Counted from the first letter of the whole stretch, positions 1 to 13,359 are shown. The stretch is 63,783 nt of DNA, filler included, from Psammoneis japonica (GCA_008632985.1; 4 parts of 4 records of this genome joined end to end with filler, not necessarily neighbours in it), one strand, 5' to 3'. The notes: generated from the letters alone by a model not told the origin. Program-made: numbers and translations.

Positions 1-3000
1 GAATCATGACACAGCATCAAAGGCACCACAGTTTGGTTGCACCAGAGCGCCGAGTGCCATCCCAACCTCACTCCATCCTTGGACTCCATGGCAGCAGATG
101 AAATGCTGGAAGTGGTGCATTCTCTTTTCAGGAAGCCTTCATGGTGGAAAACCAGAGGACAGTTGGATGACTCCCATCAGCTTCAAGAAACTGTGAACAA
201 AACAAAATGAGAGGACAAGAGCCCAGGCAGAAAGAAGCTTGAGTGTCAGATGAGTGCTCTCCACACACTCTTCTTTGTGGGGAAGGGCAAGCTTCCACAA
301 GACAGTTGATTTGCCACAAGGACAAAATCATCATCCCAGTGTCACCTTGGTTTGGTTCTGCCATGGGTCCCCAAATTTCACCAGGATTGCCACCCCTTTG
401 TTTGCAGTGTTCTTCTGCAGGGAATGTGGGTTTCTGCAGAATCACCATGAGCACCCCTTTGTCACACACTGATGTGTGACACAGACAGACATGCATCAAA
501 ACTGGCACATTGGGAATCTGGCCCACGCTTCCCCTGTCCCCTGCACTCTCACTCTGTCATGAGCCATGAGCTGTGAGCCTGGGACATGGAAGAAAATGTG
601 CCAGTCAAATGATGATTGATTGCATTGTCCCATTGACACCACAGCCCTGCACTGTGAGCTTGTCACAGAAGCATGCCACAGCATTGGGGCAGAAACAACT
701 TGTGGTTGTTTCATTCATTTTCATTCAAGAATGGATGAGTGCAAAATCTTCACTTTTTTGGCTTGGCACTGACTTGTGTCATTGCTTGTCAAAGTCAAAT
801 CCCCTCCATTTGCACCTTCTTGTCTGCAAGCAATGGCGTGCAAACTTGTGCATGTTTTTGCTGTTTTCTCACAGTGGTTTTGTTTTTGTTTGAGAAGAAC
901 TCTTGTTTTGGCATTCATTGCAAAATGATTTTCTTTTTTGCAAGAAGCAAGCTCACCCATCATGGACTGCATTTTTTCTCAGTGCAGTGCAGGTTGTCAG
1001 TCCATGTGATGCCTTGGCATTGTTTGTTTGTTTCTGTGTCAGCTGTCAGCCATGGCAGGACCACAGTTCTGAGATGATTTGAGGTGAATGCAGTCTGGGG
1101 CCTCATTTTTGGTTGGCACATCAGGGCTTTGAGATTTTTTTTTATGTTTTTGCATGGCTGCAGCACTGGTTTCTTGCTGCTTGAGAAGATTTGAGTGCAC
1201 AGCCACTTGAGACACTCCAGCAGTGACACCAAGTCAAAGAGGTGAGCTCAGGTGACAAAATTGCCAAACTTCAGTTTGCAAACCTGCTCAATGGGGCTTG
1301 CACTTTTTGCAGATTGCCATGAAATGCACCATCTCCTGAAGATGAGACACAGCACAGCTCCCCTGGACCAAGTTGCCCAGTTGGACCACACCAATCCAAA
1401 CAGAGTTCTTGTTGCATTGTTCATCAACAAAAGCCAGTCATCATTTGCAGAGTGATTTCCAGTGCTTGGATTGCTGAGAGAAAACTCTGCACCACATTTG
1501 CAAAGTTTTGGCACCCACTCCACTTTTTTGGCTCTTGTGCAGAGAGTTGTTCTTGTTGACCTGTGCTGTTCTTGTTCATGGTGAACACCACCACCCTCAT
1601 GTGCATGACATGCTTCTCCCAGTCTCTGTTGCACAGCACCCAATCCACATCCTTGAGAGAGAGTGTGCGTTGTTTTGGTGCAGGCTGGATGGCTGGACAC
1701 ATGCATGGATGGATGGCTGTGGCTGAATCCACGAAGCACTGCTCGTGATGCTGAAAACACACCCTGCCCAAACCCAGTCATTGGTTTTTTGCTGTGGTCC
1801 ACTCGTTTTTTCTTCCCCCTCCCCTGAGCCCTTTCAGGCATTCTTCCTTCACACAAAATTGCTCTCATTTCCTGGGTGTTCCCCAAAAAAGGGCAAGGTG
1901 ACTCCCCCCTGCACCCTGGTCATTTTGGGGATTCCCCAAATGGGAAAAAACCAAACTGCCAGATGAGCATTGTTGCTGTGCAGCAGAAGCAGATGAGACT
2001 GGGTGGTGTCATCTCCAGTTGTGCCATCCTGGAGAGAGACACAAGCTGAAATGTCCATTGCTCAACACACCTCCGCTGGTGTGGTGTGTGAGCTGTGGTG
2101 CACTCCACATGCTCCAAGTGCAAAGCGTGTCAGCAGAGAAAACAAAAAAATGAAATCAGAAACATGGGAAGAAGTTGCCAAAATGGGTGCATCTGAAATT
2201 TGATGTTGCCCCGCTGGATGAAACCCCATGCACACAGTGGATGTGACAGAGGTGCATGTGCTGACTGTTTGGCATTGAGGGGGGGAACTCCTCCACTTCT
2301 TGTGGGGCAGATGTGACAGTTGACCCTGCAACAACAGGGCAGCTCAAGATTGCTGAAGCACTTGCTGAGTTTGCTGCCATTGTGTCGGTGGCACTGTCAA
2401 GCAAGCACAGCTCTGCAGATGTCCATGACCAAGAAAGACAATCTTTGACACCAGAGAAGCCAAATTCATGGCTGAATTTAACCAATGATGCAGGACAACT
2501 CTGCAGCCTTCTAAAGAAACCCGGAGTGCACATGTCAGACAGCCAGGAACATGTTTTGCTCATTTTCAGTGCAGGGTGCAGTGCCAAACAAAGATGACCC
2601 ATCTTGGAGGAGTGGCCCACTGCCTCATGATTCACCACACACACAAGCTGTGCACACAACACCACATGAGCAAGCCCAACGCAACTGGTGTTCAGCAGAG
2701 ATGCCACATCAAATGTCTCACACATTGAGCCAAGCAGAAATGTGCCAGAACAGAAGGCAGAGAGGATGAGCTGCCCAGATGAACAACAAGCAAGAAAACA
2801 CTGAGTGCAAGGAGTGCCAACTTGCTGTCAGATGTCAGACAACTGGCGCTTGTCAACCAGAAGGAACAAAGGTCCAAACAAGGAGCTGACAGTTGTGCAG
2901 CAGGCCCTGGCTGGCAGAGTTGCCCATGCAAATGACAATGGCACATTGTGGCACGTGCAAGATGGCATGCTGACAGACACAGCACACCACAAATCTGTGG

Positions 3001-3825
3001 AAGATTGTGCCCTGCCCTGTTGTCAGCAAGCAAAATGGCATCTGGCACACTCTGAGGCCCTTGTTGTTGTGGGGGGAGCATGCAGTGCATGCACTGTGCT
3101 GACAGCTGGCAGATGTGCCAGCAATGTCTTGCATCATGAGACTCTCAAAGCAGAAGGCATGCAGCTCAAAAGTGCTTTTGTGCAAGTCAGCAAGAGACTC
3201 ATGCTTGTTCCACTGAGTGGGTGTGTTTCAACCAAGGCTGAGTGTCAAAGACCCACATCATGAGGATTGCACATTGGACTGGCGGTCTTCCAAAATCATG
3301 CCTGGTGAATGAAAGCTCTGCACACAAGGTTTTGCCTGCTGTGCAGTGTTCACTGAAAACCAAAATGATGTTGGAGTGAAGCTTTTTGTTTGTAAATGAT
3401 GGCAGTTGCAGCACACACATGTGTGGTGCAAAGAGAGTGCAAAGCTCACATGGCCAAATGTTTTTTCGGCAACATGTGCGCCAACTCAGAAACAGCTCTC
3501 TTGGCTCTCACAATTGCCAGCCACAGCCGTTTTTGCAGCTTCTCAAAACCCATCTCCCAATTTGGTGCATGAGGCACAAAAAACAAGTTTGCAATGCTTC
3601 CCACCTGGATCTGTTGGACATGGGTTGGTGCAGAGCTGACACACAATGTGTGGTCAATGGCCGTGGTCCTTTGGTGCACGCCAAGTCACCACTCTGTGTC
3701 CTCAGACCAAAGCAAGAAAAAGCACATTCTCACACTGGCTGGTGACACCTGCACTCCTGGAAATGGACCAGCACAACAGCCGCTCAAAGTGGACAACGTC
3801 GACATGTGCAAGCAATGCAAGCGGT
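1..3825. other. TpA- and CpG-depleted decayed repeat/unknown DNA, no recognisable intact gene
   Basis: Only a handful of TA (e.g. ~1143, ~2480, ~2512, ~3393) and few CG in 3.8 kb. The ORF track is Tyr-free and Cys/His-rich. No family could be recognised. Confidence 0.7.
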
Positions 3826-4401
3826 TTAGGGCCTGTAACGTTATACAATTGTTGCTCGACACATGCAAAGTATAAGCAACTCGAAACTTTCGCTGGCATT
3901 ACATGGATGTTAAATCGAAATTTTTGGACAGTCCTTGTTTCACAACGGTAAAGCACGGTGAATCGTTCGCCGAATTGCCGCGCAAATCGCCAGCAAGACA
4001 CTGCTTTATGAGGCTCTCTATGACTTAGAAAGTAGATTCTTTCGGTAGAAGATCGTTGCTTATTCGTCAAGTAAGGTTATGTCTATTCTATCAGCATGTG
4101 AAATCAAGAGATATCGCCGTTGTTTCCATGCTTTTTAACACGGTGAAGTACGTACGTAATTTTGTACCAAGCGCTACTGCATGCTCAAATGCTGTGGTTT
4201 TGCTGACGAAAAGGTAAATATCCCGCTGGATACCGTACATCGCACATACGGTACATCGCACATCCACATCCCAACATCGCATCGCCACAAAGATGGTGGC
4301 AAAGTAACACTCGTAGGCGTCGCAAAGACGCACCCGAGGTGGGAGGAAGCTTTTGTATCAACCGGAGGAATAGCTCAAACTATAAAGTGTGTCTGGGAGA
4401 T

Positions 4402-5740
4402 ATGAAGAAACGAATGTTTCAGCAATTGGCGCGCCGTCGCAAGGAAGGAACGTTGCGCACCCTTCGTACGGTCGAAGAGTTGGAAGCATACGAGAAGCGT
4501 CCTAACGTTGACTTTTCCAGCAACGACTATCTTGGGTCTGGCACATTCTGCTCATCAACGAGATAAAGTCAAGAATTTAAATACTGAGTGGGAACGAAAG
4601 AAAGCAAGTCATCATCTTCTTGGAGCAACTGGTTCTCGCTTGCTGTCGGGGGATTCCCTCGAGTGTCGTCGTCTGGAACAGTATTTGGCCAAGGTACACC
4701 ACAGTGAGGGAGCTCTCATTTTCAACAGCGGTTATGATGCTAATTTGTCGATATTGTCTTCTGTACCAATGGAGGGTGACGTTGTAATCATGGACGAACT
4801 GGCACACAATAGTCTTGTCATGGGCGTCAGAATGAGCAGACTGGATCCGTCCAATTCACTGCATCTGTTTCGTCATAACAATGTCGAAAGTTTGCGATCC
4901 GTGCTGAAACAGTTCTCGTCGAGTCAACTACACCGGATCTTGGTCGTCGTAGAAAGCGTTTACAGCATGGATGGTGACGTATCACCGCTTGCCGACATTC
5001 TCGACTTGGCGCTTGAGTTTGGCGCAGAAGTAATGGTCGACGAAGCCCATGGTTTGGGTGTCTACGGACGCACCAATAAAACAGACATGACTCTCCCCGA
5101 ACATCAGAAAGCTTCACTAGACAATCCGAGTACATCAATGGTTGGAGGGACTGGAGTTCTGGCTGCGCTTGGATTGGAGACACATCCGGCGCTCCTGTGC
5201 AGTGTGTTTACTTTTGGAAAAGCTGCTGGCTGCCATGGGGCGGTAGTTTGCGGCGCGCGGGTCCTATTGGACTATTTGATCAATTATGCTCGCCCGTTGA
5301 TATATTCTACTGCCTTACCTGTTCATTCTCTGTTGTGCATTCAGTGCGCATATGAAACAATGTTGGCAAACGGCGACCCCTTGAGAGCAAACGTGTTTGG
5401 TCTAGTTAAAACGTTTAGGAGGGAGATAATGAAGATATTGCAACGCACGGGACCCAGTGAAGGCTCTGGTCAGACGGTTTTGCTATGGCCAAGTCCTTCG
5501 CCTATTCAGGCATTGGTTGTTCGTGGTAATGACAATTGCATGGAGTTCTGCCGCAGGATACGAACTAGATCGGACATTATTCTGTACCCGATTCGGAGTC
5601 CGACGGTGCCAAAAGGAGAAGAACGCATTCGCATCGTTTTGCATGCACATAATACAGAAGAGGAAGTTCTTGAATTGGTGAAGTTGATTCATGAAACGCT
5701 GAGCGACATGAATCTCATCAAACTAAATAGCCGTCTGTAG
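4402..5740 (+). CDS. bioF: 8-amino-7-oxononanoate synthase (KAPA synthase, PLP class II aminotransferase), apparent +1 frameshift at ~4534-4536
   Basis: The N-terminal piece MKKR...DFSSNDYLG (ATG 4402) joins LAHS... in the next frame (CTTGGGTCTG has one extra G). Motifs GATGSRLLSG, FNSGYDAN, DELAHNS, FRHN, VESVYSMDGD, VDEAHG, TFGKA (PLP lysine), IRSPTVPKGEERIRI. Confidence 0.9.
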
Positions 5741-6384
5741 GGATAATCAATCCCATCGGGAGAGGGCAGAGCATTCTCGATTGCGATCTGCGATACTGCT
5801 AATGTGCAATGTTGCAGTCTAGCATTCATTTCTTTTGGAACTAGAGTAGGACTCTCTAGAGTAGGGTACTGTAGGGCTCTCTCTAGAGTAGAGACGGACA
5901 CAAAAGGTGGCAAAAATCTTGGTAAAAATAAAAAAATGACAATGGCATGAAAATGGCAAAAATCACACCTTTTCCTGCCAATTTTTCATTCAATCCCATA
6001 TAAATATCCGTTACACCAATGATCGCCAAAAACTATTTATTCACTCTATGTACTCTAATAAAAGAAATAAAAATTTCATTGCAATGAGCATTCATTCTTT
6101 TACCTCTCATATAGAAAATATAAGCCTAAAAGGCTGTACAACATCAATTCATTACTATCACTAATTTAGAGACACCCCATCATGTGTTTCGTTCTGTCCT
6201 TGGCCGACTAAACTTTCTCCCTACGTAGGGATAGTACCAACTTCTACACGTTGGCGGGTCCTTCGAATTATTCACGTGGAGTTGTACGGCAACGTGCGGT
6301 GCGAGCGACCTCGCCAACATCGTTGCAAACAAAATCCACACAAAGAAGAATCGCACTCGATCGAAGCTGAAGCAACTCTGAACA

Positions 6385-8536
6385 ATGTAAGACAATAATT
6401 GGCAACGCCGCACCCGACGCCTCGTGGCTGAATGTGATATGATGGTCCGCTAGCGTCTATATTAAAGCTTGTTTTGGGGATGCGCGGGTTGGCGACAATT
6501 CTGTTTGAGCATCGTTATGGCGCCGCGCTGTGAGCAATGCGGGAATCGACTTCTCACGTTCTCTCGTTTTCTTCCGTACACAGGGTTTCGTTTCGCCGCA
6601 AGAAGAGCAAGAAGGAGGATGGTATCAAGGGAGAGGAGGGAAGGAAAAGCTTTAAGGAAAAGCCCGGCAAATCCGGTAAAGAGGAGGTAAGCCGCTTCGC
6701 CATCATTGTTTTCGGCGTGCGACGACTTGGTTTGCTGGCTGGATATCCACGACTGTTTGTTTATTATGTTCTTCATATTTGTCTTCGTCTACGTATTTTA
6801 TGCTATATATTGGGGTTCGTTTTTTTCGATTTTTTTACCGGAACGGTCAATTTGCATTCATTACATTCGAGTCCGTACATGTATATACGCGTCGCGTGAC
6901 AAAGCTCAAAATGAAATATTGTCGAACCATGCTCATTCTTCCGTTCCTTTTCTAACATTCACTACTACAGAAAGCACCCAAATCCGCACCTGCTCCGACG
7001 AAGCCCCCGACTCTCGATGACATTCCAGAGCTCGTTGAGACGATGACCAATGAGACTGGCGAAAAAAGCGCGGCCGCAACCAAGCGCATCTACGAACTAT
7101 GTGACGTTGGCCACAAGCAGAACCGTGTCCCGATGGTGTGCAGCGGCAAATGGGATGTTCTTACCCCCCTAGCAAACTGTTTGACCCAGGAGAGCGGCGA
7201 CGGTCGTCATTTGGCTTGCCTTGCTTTGAACAACCTCTCGATCCCTACGGAGAACAAGCGCGTTATGGCTCTTGGACCTGCTTCGGAGGCTGTTATTGGT
7301 GGATTGTGCAAAGTGATTGCCGAGGATAAGCAGGAGTCTTATTTGTGTTGCATCTGTCTCATGAATCTTTCGTTCCTTGAGGCCAGCATCACCACCATCT
7401 TGCAGCATTCCCCTGTTGCTGAAGGTGCTCGTGCTCTCCCCCCACTTGAGAACCCCAAGTCGCTTCTCCGTGTGCTTGAAAAGCTTCTCACGAACTCTCC
7501 CTCTGTGCCCAAATCTGGCTCTGGAAAGTCCGAGGGTGTTCGCTGGGCTTGTGGCTTGATCAAAAATCTCGCCAAGAGCGAGGAAAATGCGGCGCTTCTC
7601 GCGCAGACCGACATCCCCAAATGCGTCGTCGAGAACATTCGAGCGACGACTTCTCCTCCATCTCGGTGGACTTCCAATAGTCTGGAGGATTTCTCCCTTT
7701 TCGTTGTTTTGAACCTTGGCCAGTGGTCCGTTGCGAAGGATGCCCTTATCCAGGCCGATGCCGTGGAGGTCGTGAAGCCCATCATGTCGGAGGGTGACCT
7801 CCAAGGCCTGAAGGCTACCATGGCCTGCGCATTCCTCGATACGCCCTGGGATGCTTTCCCGGACGGTGGAAGTCCGGCCGCTAAGTCTGTAGCTGAGCTA
7901 ATGACGAACATCACTGAGAAGAAGGGCAAGGATGGTCAGTATGCCTATGGCGTCTTCAAGCTCTACACAGCGGCCAAGGCTTACCGTGATCTGGCAGTGG
8001 CTGCAGCCAAGGCCGATGACGGCTCCGGCGAATCCAACACTAAGTGTCTTGCGGTACCTTCTGCGGTCTCCCTCAATTTCCAGATTGTGTCCGACCTTGT
8101 CCTTTCAGCCATGGATGAAGCCGAAGGTGGTTCAAAGTATGTGCCCGACGCCATGTCTGCGGAGTACGCCGTTGGTGCTATTGAAGCGATGCTTCCCGCA
8201 ATCCTTGAGCCAGCTGAACCCGCCCGCACGTCTGTGGAAAGCGAAAAGGCAGCTGGTGAAGTGAGCCAGATGCTTCTTACTTACGCCGACATTGCTGGTA
8301 CATCCGCCGAGGCCAAGGATAGCGCAAAGAATGCTGCTGAGAAGATCCAGGAGTCTGCTAGCACGGCCAGGCCAATTCTGGAGATTAGCCACGACCTGTG
8401 GACTCAATACCGCAAACGCGAAGGTCAGCCCCTCGATCAGTTTATCTCGTCAGAACGTGGTATCGAGGTCGACGAGAGTGGCCCGCTCGACTTCTTGCCT
8501 TGCGCAAACAGCGACAGCAACTGCGTTATTCTCTAA
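6385..8536 (+). CDS. ARM/helical-repeat-like protein with basic N-terminus and C-terminal CAAX (CVIL); exons 6385-6386, 6584-6686, 6971-8536
   Basis: 497-aa ORF with ARM-like segments (ACLALNNLSIPTENK, WACGLIKNLAKSEENA). Intron 6687-6970 (GTAAGC...CTAAC...TACAG) is in phase 0. Intron 6387-6583 (GTAAGA...ACAG) splits the ATG. The protein ends CVIL-stop. Confidence 0.75.
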
Positions 8537-8934
8537 GCAGTTAGTCTTGCAGTGTTTTCGGACCAATCTTCTCTTCCGAAAGTTATATGTTCTAGTGGAT
8601 GGCTTTCGTTTGCGCTGAGACTCGCACATGAAAATTGATTTCACAAATTGTTTTGGTGTGTAGATGCTGGAAGTTGTGTTTCGATAATACGGTAAATATA
8701 GGTTCTTTTCATGTTTTGTCATTACGTTGTTCCCAGTAGGAATGCTCACCGGAAAATACCGAATACATCGATGTTATTTCAATATGTATGCAGTTATTTT
8801 ATGAAAGGGTTTTTGTTTGCATGCATCCAGGGACAGGCAAATACCTGGCAGCTATGTTGCTTAGCGCGCTAGACAGTCATTTATGAATATATAATGTGTA
8901 GGAGGAAGCATTTACGAGTGCATGTTTTGCAGTC

Positions 8935-11092
8935 TCAAGTTGAAACAGAAGAAACGGCAGGTGAATTTCGGTTCAGATCCAGCAGCAAGTCTGCGTCGCT
9001 CCTCTCCGCGCGTTGCTGCTTGTCCTTCTTTCTAGACTTGTCTCCAATGGACGCGCCTCTTTTCTTGCTTGCCTCGGATATGAGCGTTCGCTCGGTATCT
9101 GGTTTCACAAGTACATAGAAAGAGTCAAAAGCAACATTGAGGTTCTGTATCATGGCGGAATGAGGCTGCCTCTCGGTGTTTCTGGAACGTACCATTACTG
9201 CCATGCAGCGGTGACACTGGCCTCTCCTCGACAGAGGTGTCAATTTCCGTCAGAGGGACTGAAGTAACTTCAGGAACGCTTTTTGTAACAGGACGCGAAG
9301 CGCTTGGGGAACTTGCCAAACCACTTAATGCTTCAGCTGCCAGCTTTGAAGCCTTGTCGCTTATGCCGCCTTCAAATTCGACTGCTAAAGCATTTGGGAT
9401 CAGCGCAACCGCTTCTTTGGTAGATAGATTTGACGGAATTCTGCTGCGGACTCTACCTTTAGCAGATTCTTGGAGATCAACCGGGGAAGTCTTGCGCGTG
9501 CGGCCCAATAGCGATGATCTGCCACCGGCGATGCTCTCACGATTCCCTTGTTTTGACGTGACTCTCTTGAGGGTGGAATTCCAACGATTCTTGATGGCAT
9601 TGTCTGTCCTACCCGGTAGTAGTTTAGCGATTTCTGCCCACTTGTTGCCCAGCCTGTTGTGGGCCTCAATGATGATTTCATCCTCTGCCTCCGTCCATTC
9701 CCCTTTATTAATGTCCGGATTAAGATGGTTGTACCAACGTTCTCGACACTGCTTGCCGAGCCGCCCTTTGAGCTGCCGAGCAATGAAGGACCACTTCTTG
9801 TTGCCATGAATTTGAACAAGCTTCATGACTGTTGCATCCTCTTCGGTTGTCCAAGGTCCTTTCACTAGGCCAGGTTTCAGCACCTTCTGCCACCTGTGCA
9901 GGCACTGAACGTCTGTGCGTCTTGGTAGACTCGCAGCAATTCTCTTCCAGTTCTTGCCTGAGTGTTTAGCAACGGCCTGTCGCAAAAGCTCATCTTCGTG
10001 CTCCGTCCACTTGCCCATGGAAGCTCGGCGTTTACCAGAAGGTAGGGTGGATGGAGTAATTTCCTTGGGTTTCTCTACCGACGCGGCAAATCGTGCGGCG
10101 CCCACCGCAACTTGGTCTTCTTTCTTTGCCGGAGAACTTGGTGTACCTCCCGTACTATGGCTATCATCGCTCACCAACCGGTACTGGACGCCATCTTTAC
10201 CCATAGGATGCTGTCTAGCAGAAAAACCTTGAGACGGGGCCATATTGATTGCTCCAGGGGATGCGTCTTGGCCTGGAGACTCATTCGGAGGTCCAGGTCT
10301 AGGGAGGAGACGATGGTCGTGATGCGGATGGTATGGATGGTACGGCGGAAGACGAGCAAAAGGTGGCGGCGGATGAGCTTGATATGGGTGCGGCGGTGGG
10401 TAGAGGTTATGCCCTGGTGGTACTGGGGGTGAAGGAGGCTTGTTTCCCATTCGTCGTGGGCCATGCTTCAGAGCGTAGTGGGGAACTGAATGCTGCTGCA
10501 CCAGTGGAGGGCGTGGATGTCCTTGATGATGAAAATGTGGTGCTTGACCTTGTCCCAAGGGGTGAGGAGGCGGCGGACCACCGTGTTTCCAGAAACCAGG
10601 ATGTGAAGGGTCACCCTGCGGCGAGTACGGTGAAGATCCGTGGGACCAATATGGGCTGCCAGCTGACTGTGGCGTGTGCGGATGATGTTCATGTGGCTCA
10701 CCGTAGTGATGATAGTTCCCACGATAAGTATGATACTGTGCATAGTGGTCTTCGCGAGAAGGGGAGCCTGGCGATTGCTCTGAACGGGTGTACTCATTTG
10801 GATGATGCCTGTGACCAGATGGAGGACCAGGCTTAGTCGGTTCTTTGTCGTAGTTTTTCTTCTTTTCGTCGGATGACGTAATGCCACCTGCATTTCTTTC
10901 TCCTCCATTTGACGGATAATCTGTGTCCTTCCTGCTCAATTCGGAAGAATTATGTTTTTCTTTGTCCTCGATAGAACGCACGGCAGAAGATGCTATTGAC
11001 GCTAGTGCCCCTAAGGCATCGACGGGGGCGACACTGCTCGGCGCTTGTCCTGTTGGTTTTGATGCTCCATTTTCTCTGACAAGGGAGGGCAT
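8935..11092 (-). CDS. R1R2R3 (3R) MYB transcription factor; probable intron 9099-9192
   Basis: Three MYB repeats: [11 protein letters not shown]...[20 protein letters not shown]...[25 protein letters not shown]...[17 protein letters not shown]. Pro/His-rich N-terminus. ATG at 11092. Intron GTACGT...CCAG joins in frame to the terminal exon ...[13 protein letters not shown]...ST-stop. Confidence 0.9.
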
Positions 11093-11683
11093 TTTGTGCA
11101 GTGTCTCCGCGATACTCGTCGTAATAACTTTGTTCCTCTTTCTTGTGATCCTGTAGTTGTCCTTCTCAAAACAAAGTTGCCACCCGTTGTGAAGAGCCGG
11201 CGGCAACCAAAAAATTAAAATGTGAATGGGGTGATGGGTCAAAAATTGCGCTCTAAATAGAAGCCAGTAGGCGTTGAATCTTCTTATATAATTTATGTGT
11301 ATATAGACTTACTTAGGAATACAATTATGATTCTAATACTCTACAGTACTTCTGATGTATATTCCAACAGATTTGTTTGTATCGGTGTAAAAGACATCTA
11401 AATTTTGATTTGAAATACGTAACGGATCGAATATTAAAAAATATATGTACGTTGCTCGTAACGTCTCAATCCATCTGTATCAAGAAGTGTACTCTACGTC
11501 AGACAATACCAGGAATGATTTGCCTTCATGGACGAATGTTCTATTCGGGCAGAGGGCATGCACCTCATTTTTTCTGTCCGTCCACCGTTGCCGCTCCCCT
11601 CCACAAATAATTTCATACAAACGAAAAAGAGAAGAAAAACGAACGACAGAACGAAAACAAACTGCTTGTGTTGTCCTTGTTCC

Positions 11684-13289
11684 ATGTTGGATCGTCACTT
11701 TGGTATTACTGCGCACCCATACGGTGTCTTGCCGAGCGGAAACGCCCTACTAGACCCCATACAAGGGTCTTTGGAAAGCGGACATGAACAGCTAAGATTG
11801 CTCCTGTCGGATGAATTGTGGCAGCAGGTTCTGGGCTTTTGTGATGGGCCGACTTTGGGTCGACTCGTTCAGACTTGTCGGATTTTTTACGTTGCAGGTC
11901 ATCAACCTGAACTATGGCGTGACTTGGTGTTGCGAGATGTCAATAATAAAGGTGGTGAGCTTTTGCGGGTCGGTAAAACATGGAAAGATACATTTGTCTT
12001 GAGATTTGTGAAACCGAACGACAAGGTCTCGCCACATGTTCCAATCGCTGTTCCAGGAATTTACTCGGATTTCTTGTTCCGTTCGCATTTGTGTCGGTCT
12101 TTTGGAATCCCCACATCTTGGATGAAACCCTCAAACGACAAAAAGAGCGACGTGCCTCGAGTCACAAATTTGTCGGTTGATGAATTCGTTTCTGAATTCG
12201 AGAAACCGAATCGACCGGTCGTTCTCGCCGGAGTAGCAAAGTCGTGGGAGGCAGTCAAGAAATGGAAAAACGTCGAATATCTATTGGAATGCACAAAAGG
12301 CAGAACCTTTCGATCAACAAGCGGTGCGGCTCCGTTCCCTGCCAATTTCTCTGTCGAATCTTACATTCAGTATTGCCGATCAACGGATCTAGAGGAAGCA
12401 CCGCTCTATTTGTTTGATCGGACCGCCCTACTAGATGGTCCTTTGCGAAAAGATTATTACCCTGATATGCAACGGACTTGTCCGTACTTTGATCCAGAGA
12501 ACTGTGCGAAGAATGGAGGACATGACTTGTTTCAGCATCTGGGCGAAGGCAAACGCCCGGACCACACTTGGCTTATTATGGGACCAAAAAGGAGCGGGTC
12601 GGCGATGCACATCGATCCTAATGCCACAAATGCGTACAATATTGCCATTGTTGGCAGGAAACGATGGCTATTTTATCCTCCCGGAGTTGTTCCGCCCGGT
12701 GTGCACCCGTCGCCTTCTGGTGATGAGGTTGCCATGCCGATATCACTTGGTGAATGGCTTGTCAATTTTTGGGATGAACACGAGAAACGACGACGCACCA
12801 GCGGGGCTCTAGAGTGTACCGTTGAACCAGGCGATGTGGTGTTTGTGCCCTGTGGATGGTGGCACATGGTGATTAATCTTGACGACATTAACATCGCGGT
12901 AACGCACAACTATGTTTCCAAAAGCAACCTGCCGACTGTGCTGCGCTTTCTTGAAAAGAAGCAAGATCAAATAAGCGGTTGTCGAGATCGGGCTGAAAGC
13001 ATCAAACCCGAGCATCTTAGATCCGCATTCACCAAGGTGCTTCGCCAGAAACATCCTGAGTGGTTTGAGGAAGCTCAAGCGCTGGCAAAGCAGGGCTGGG
13101 AAGTGAAGGCGTGGACAGATGCCACCAATGATGACGAAGAGTGCCGAGATAAAATGCTAAAGCCGAAAAGCGAAAGCGACAGGCCTTACAGAACATCGAT
13201 CCAGCGTGATTGCAAAGGCGAAGACTACTAGTGCTGCGGGAAACGACCCAGAAAGCGCTTCGACAGGCTTTAGCTTCTCTTTCTTGTAG
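11684..13289 (+). CDS. F-box + JmjC-domain 2-oxoglutarate/Fe(II) oxygenase (JMJD6/JMJ22-like); ORF stops at 13231, probable true end 13289 after a frameshift
   Basis: F-box-like LSDELWQQVLGFC...ELWRDLVL. JmjC motifs EKPNRPVVL, PLYLFD, WLIMGPKRSGSAMHIDPNATNAYN, GRKRWLFYPP, PGDVVFVPCGWWHMVINL, AVTHNYV (HxD...H triad). The alternative frame ...VIAKAK...GFSFSFL-stop ends at 13289. Confidence 0.88.
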
Positions 13290-13359
13290 CGATAATTCGG
13301 TAATATCGCCAAATATTGTTCTTGTTTTTAACCGTGTATGTTATTGTTTTGGCTAGTCC

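Noticed and set aside
5840..5895. Short duplicated GTAGG..CTCTCTAGAGTAG motif after bioF
   Set aside because: Only two short copies, with no supporting structure.
11684..13289. JmjC oxygenase as the TpA-modifying enzyme
   Set aside because: It is an ordinary F-box/JMJD6-like family member. Proximity carries no functional weight in a eukaryote, and no deaminase or methylase gene is visible in the window.
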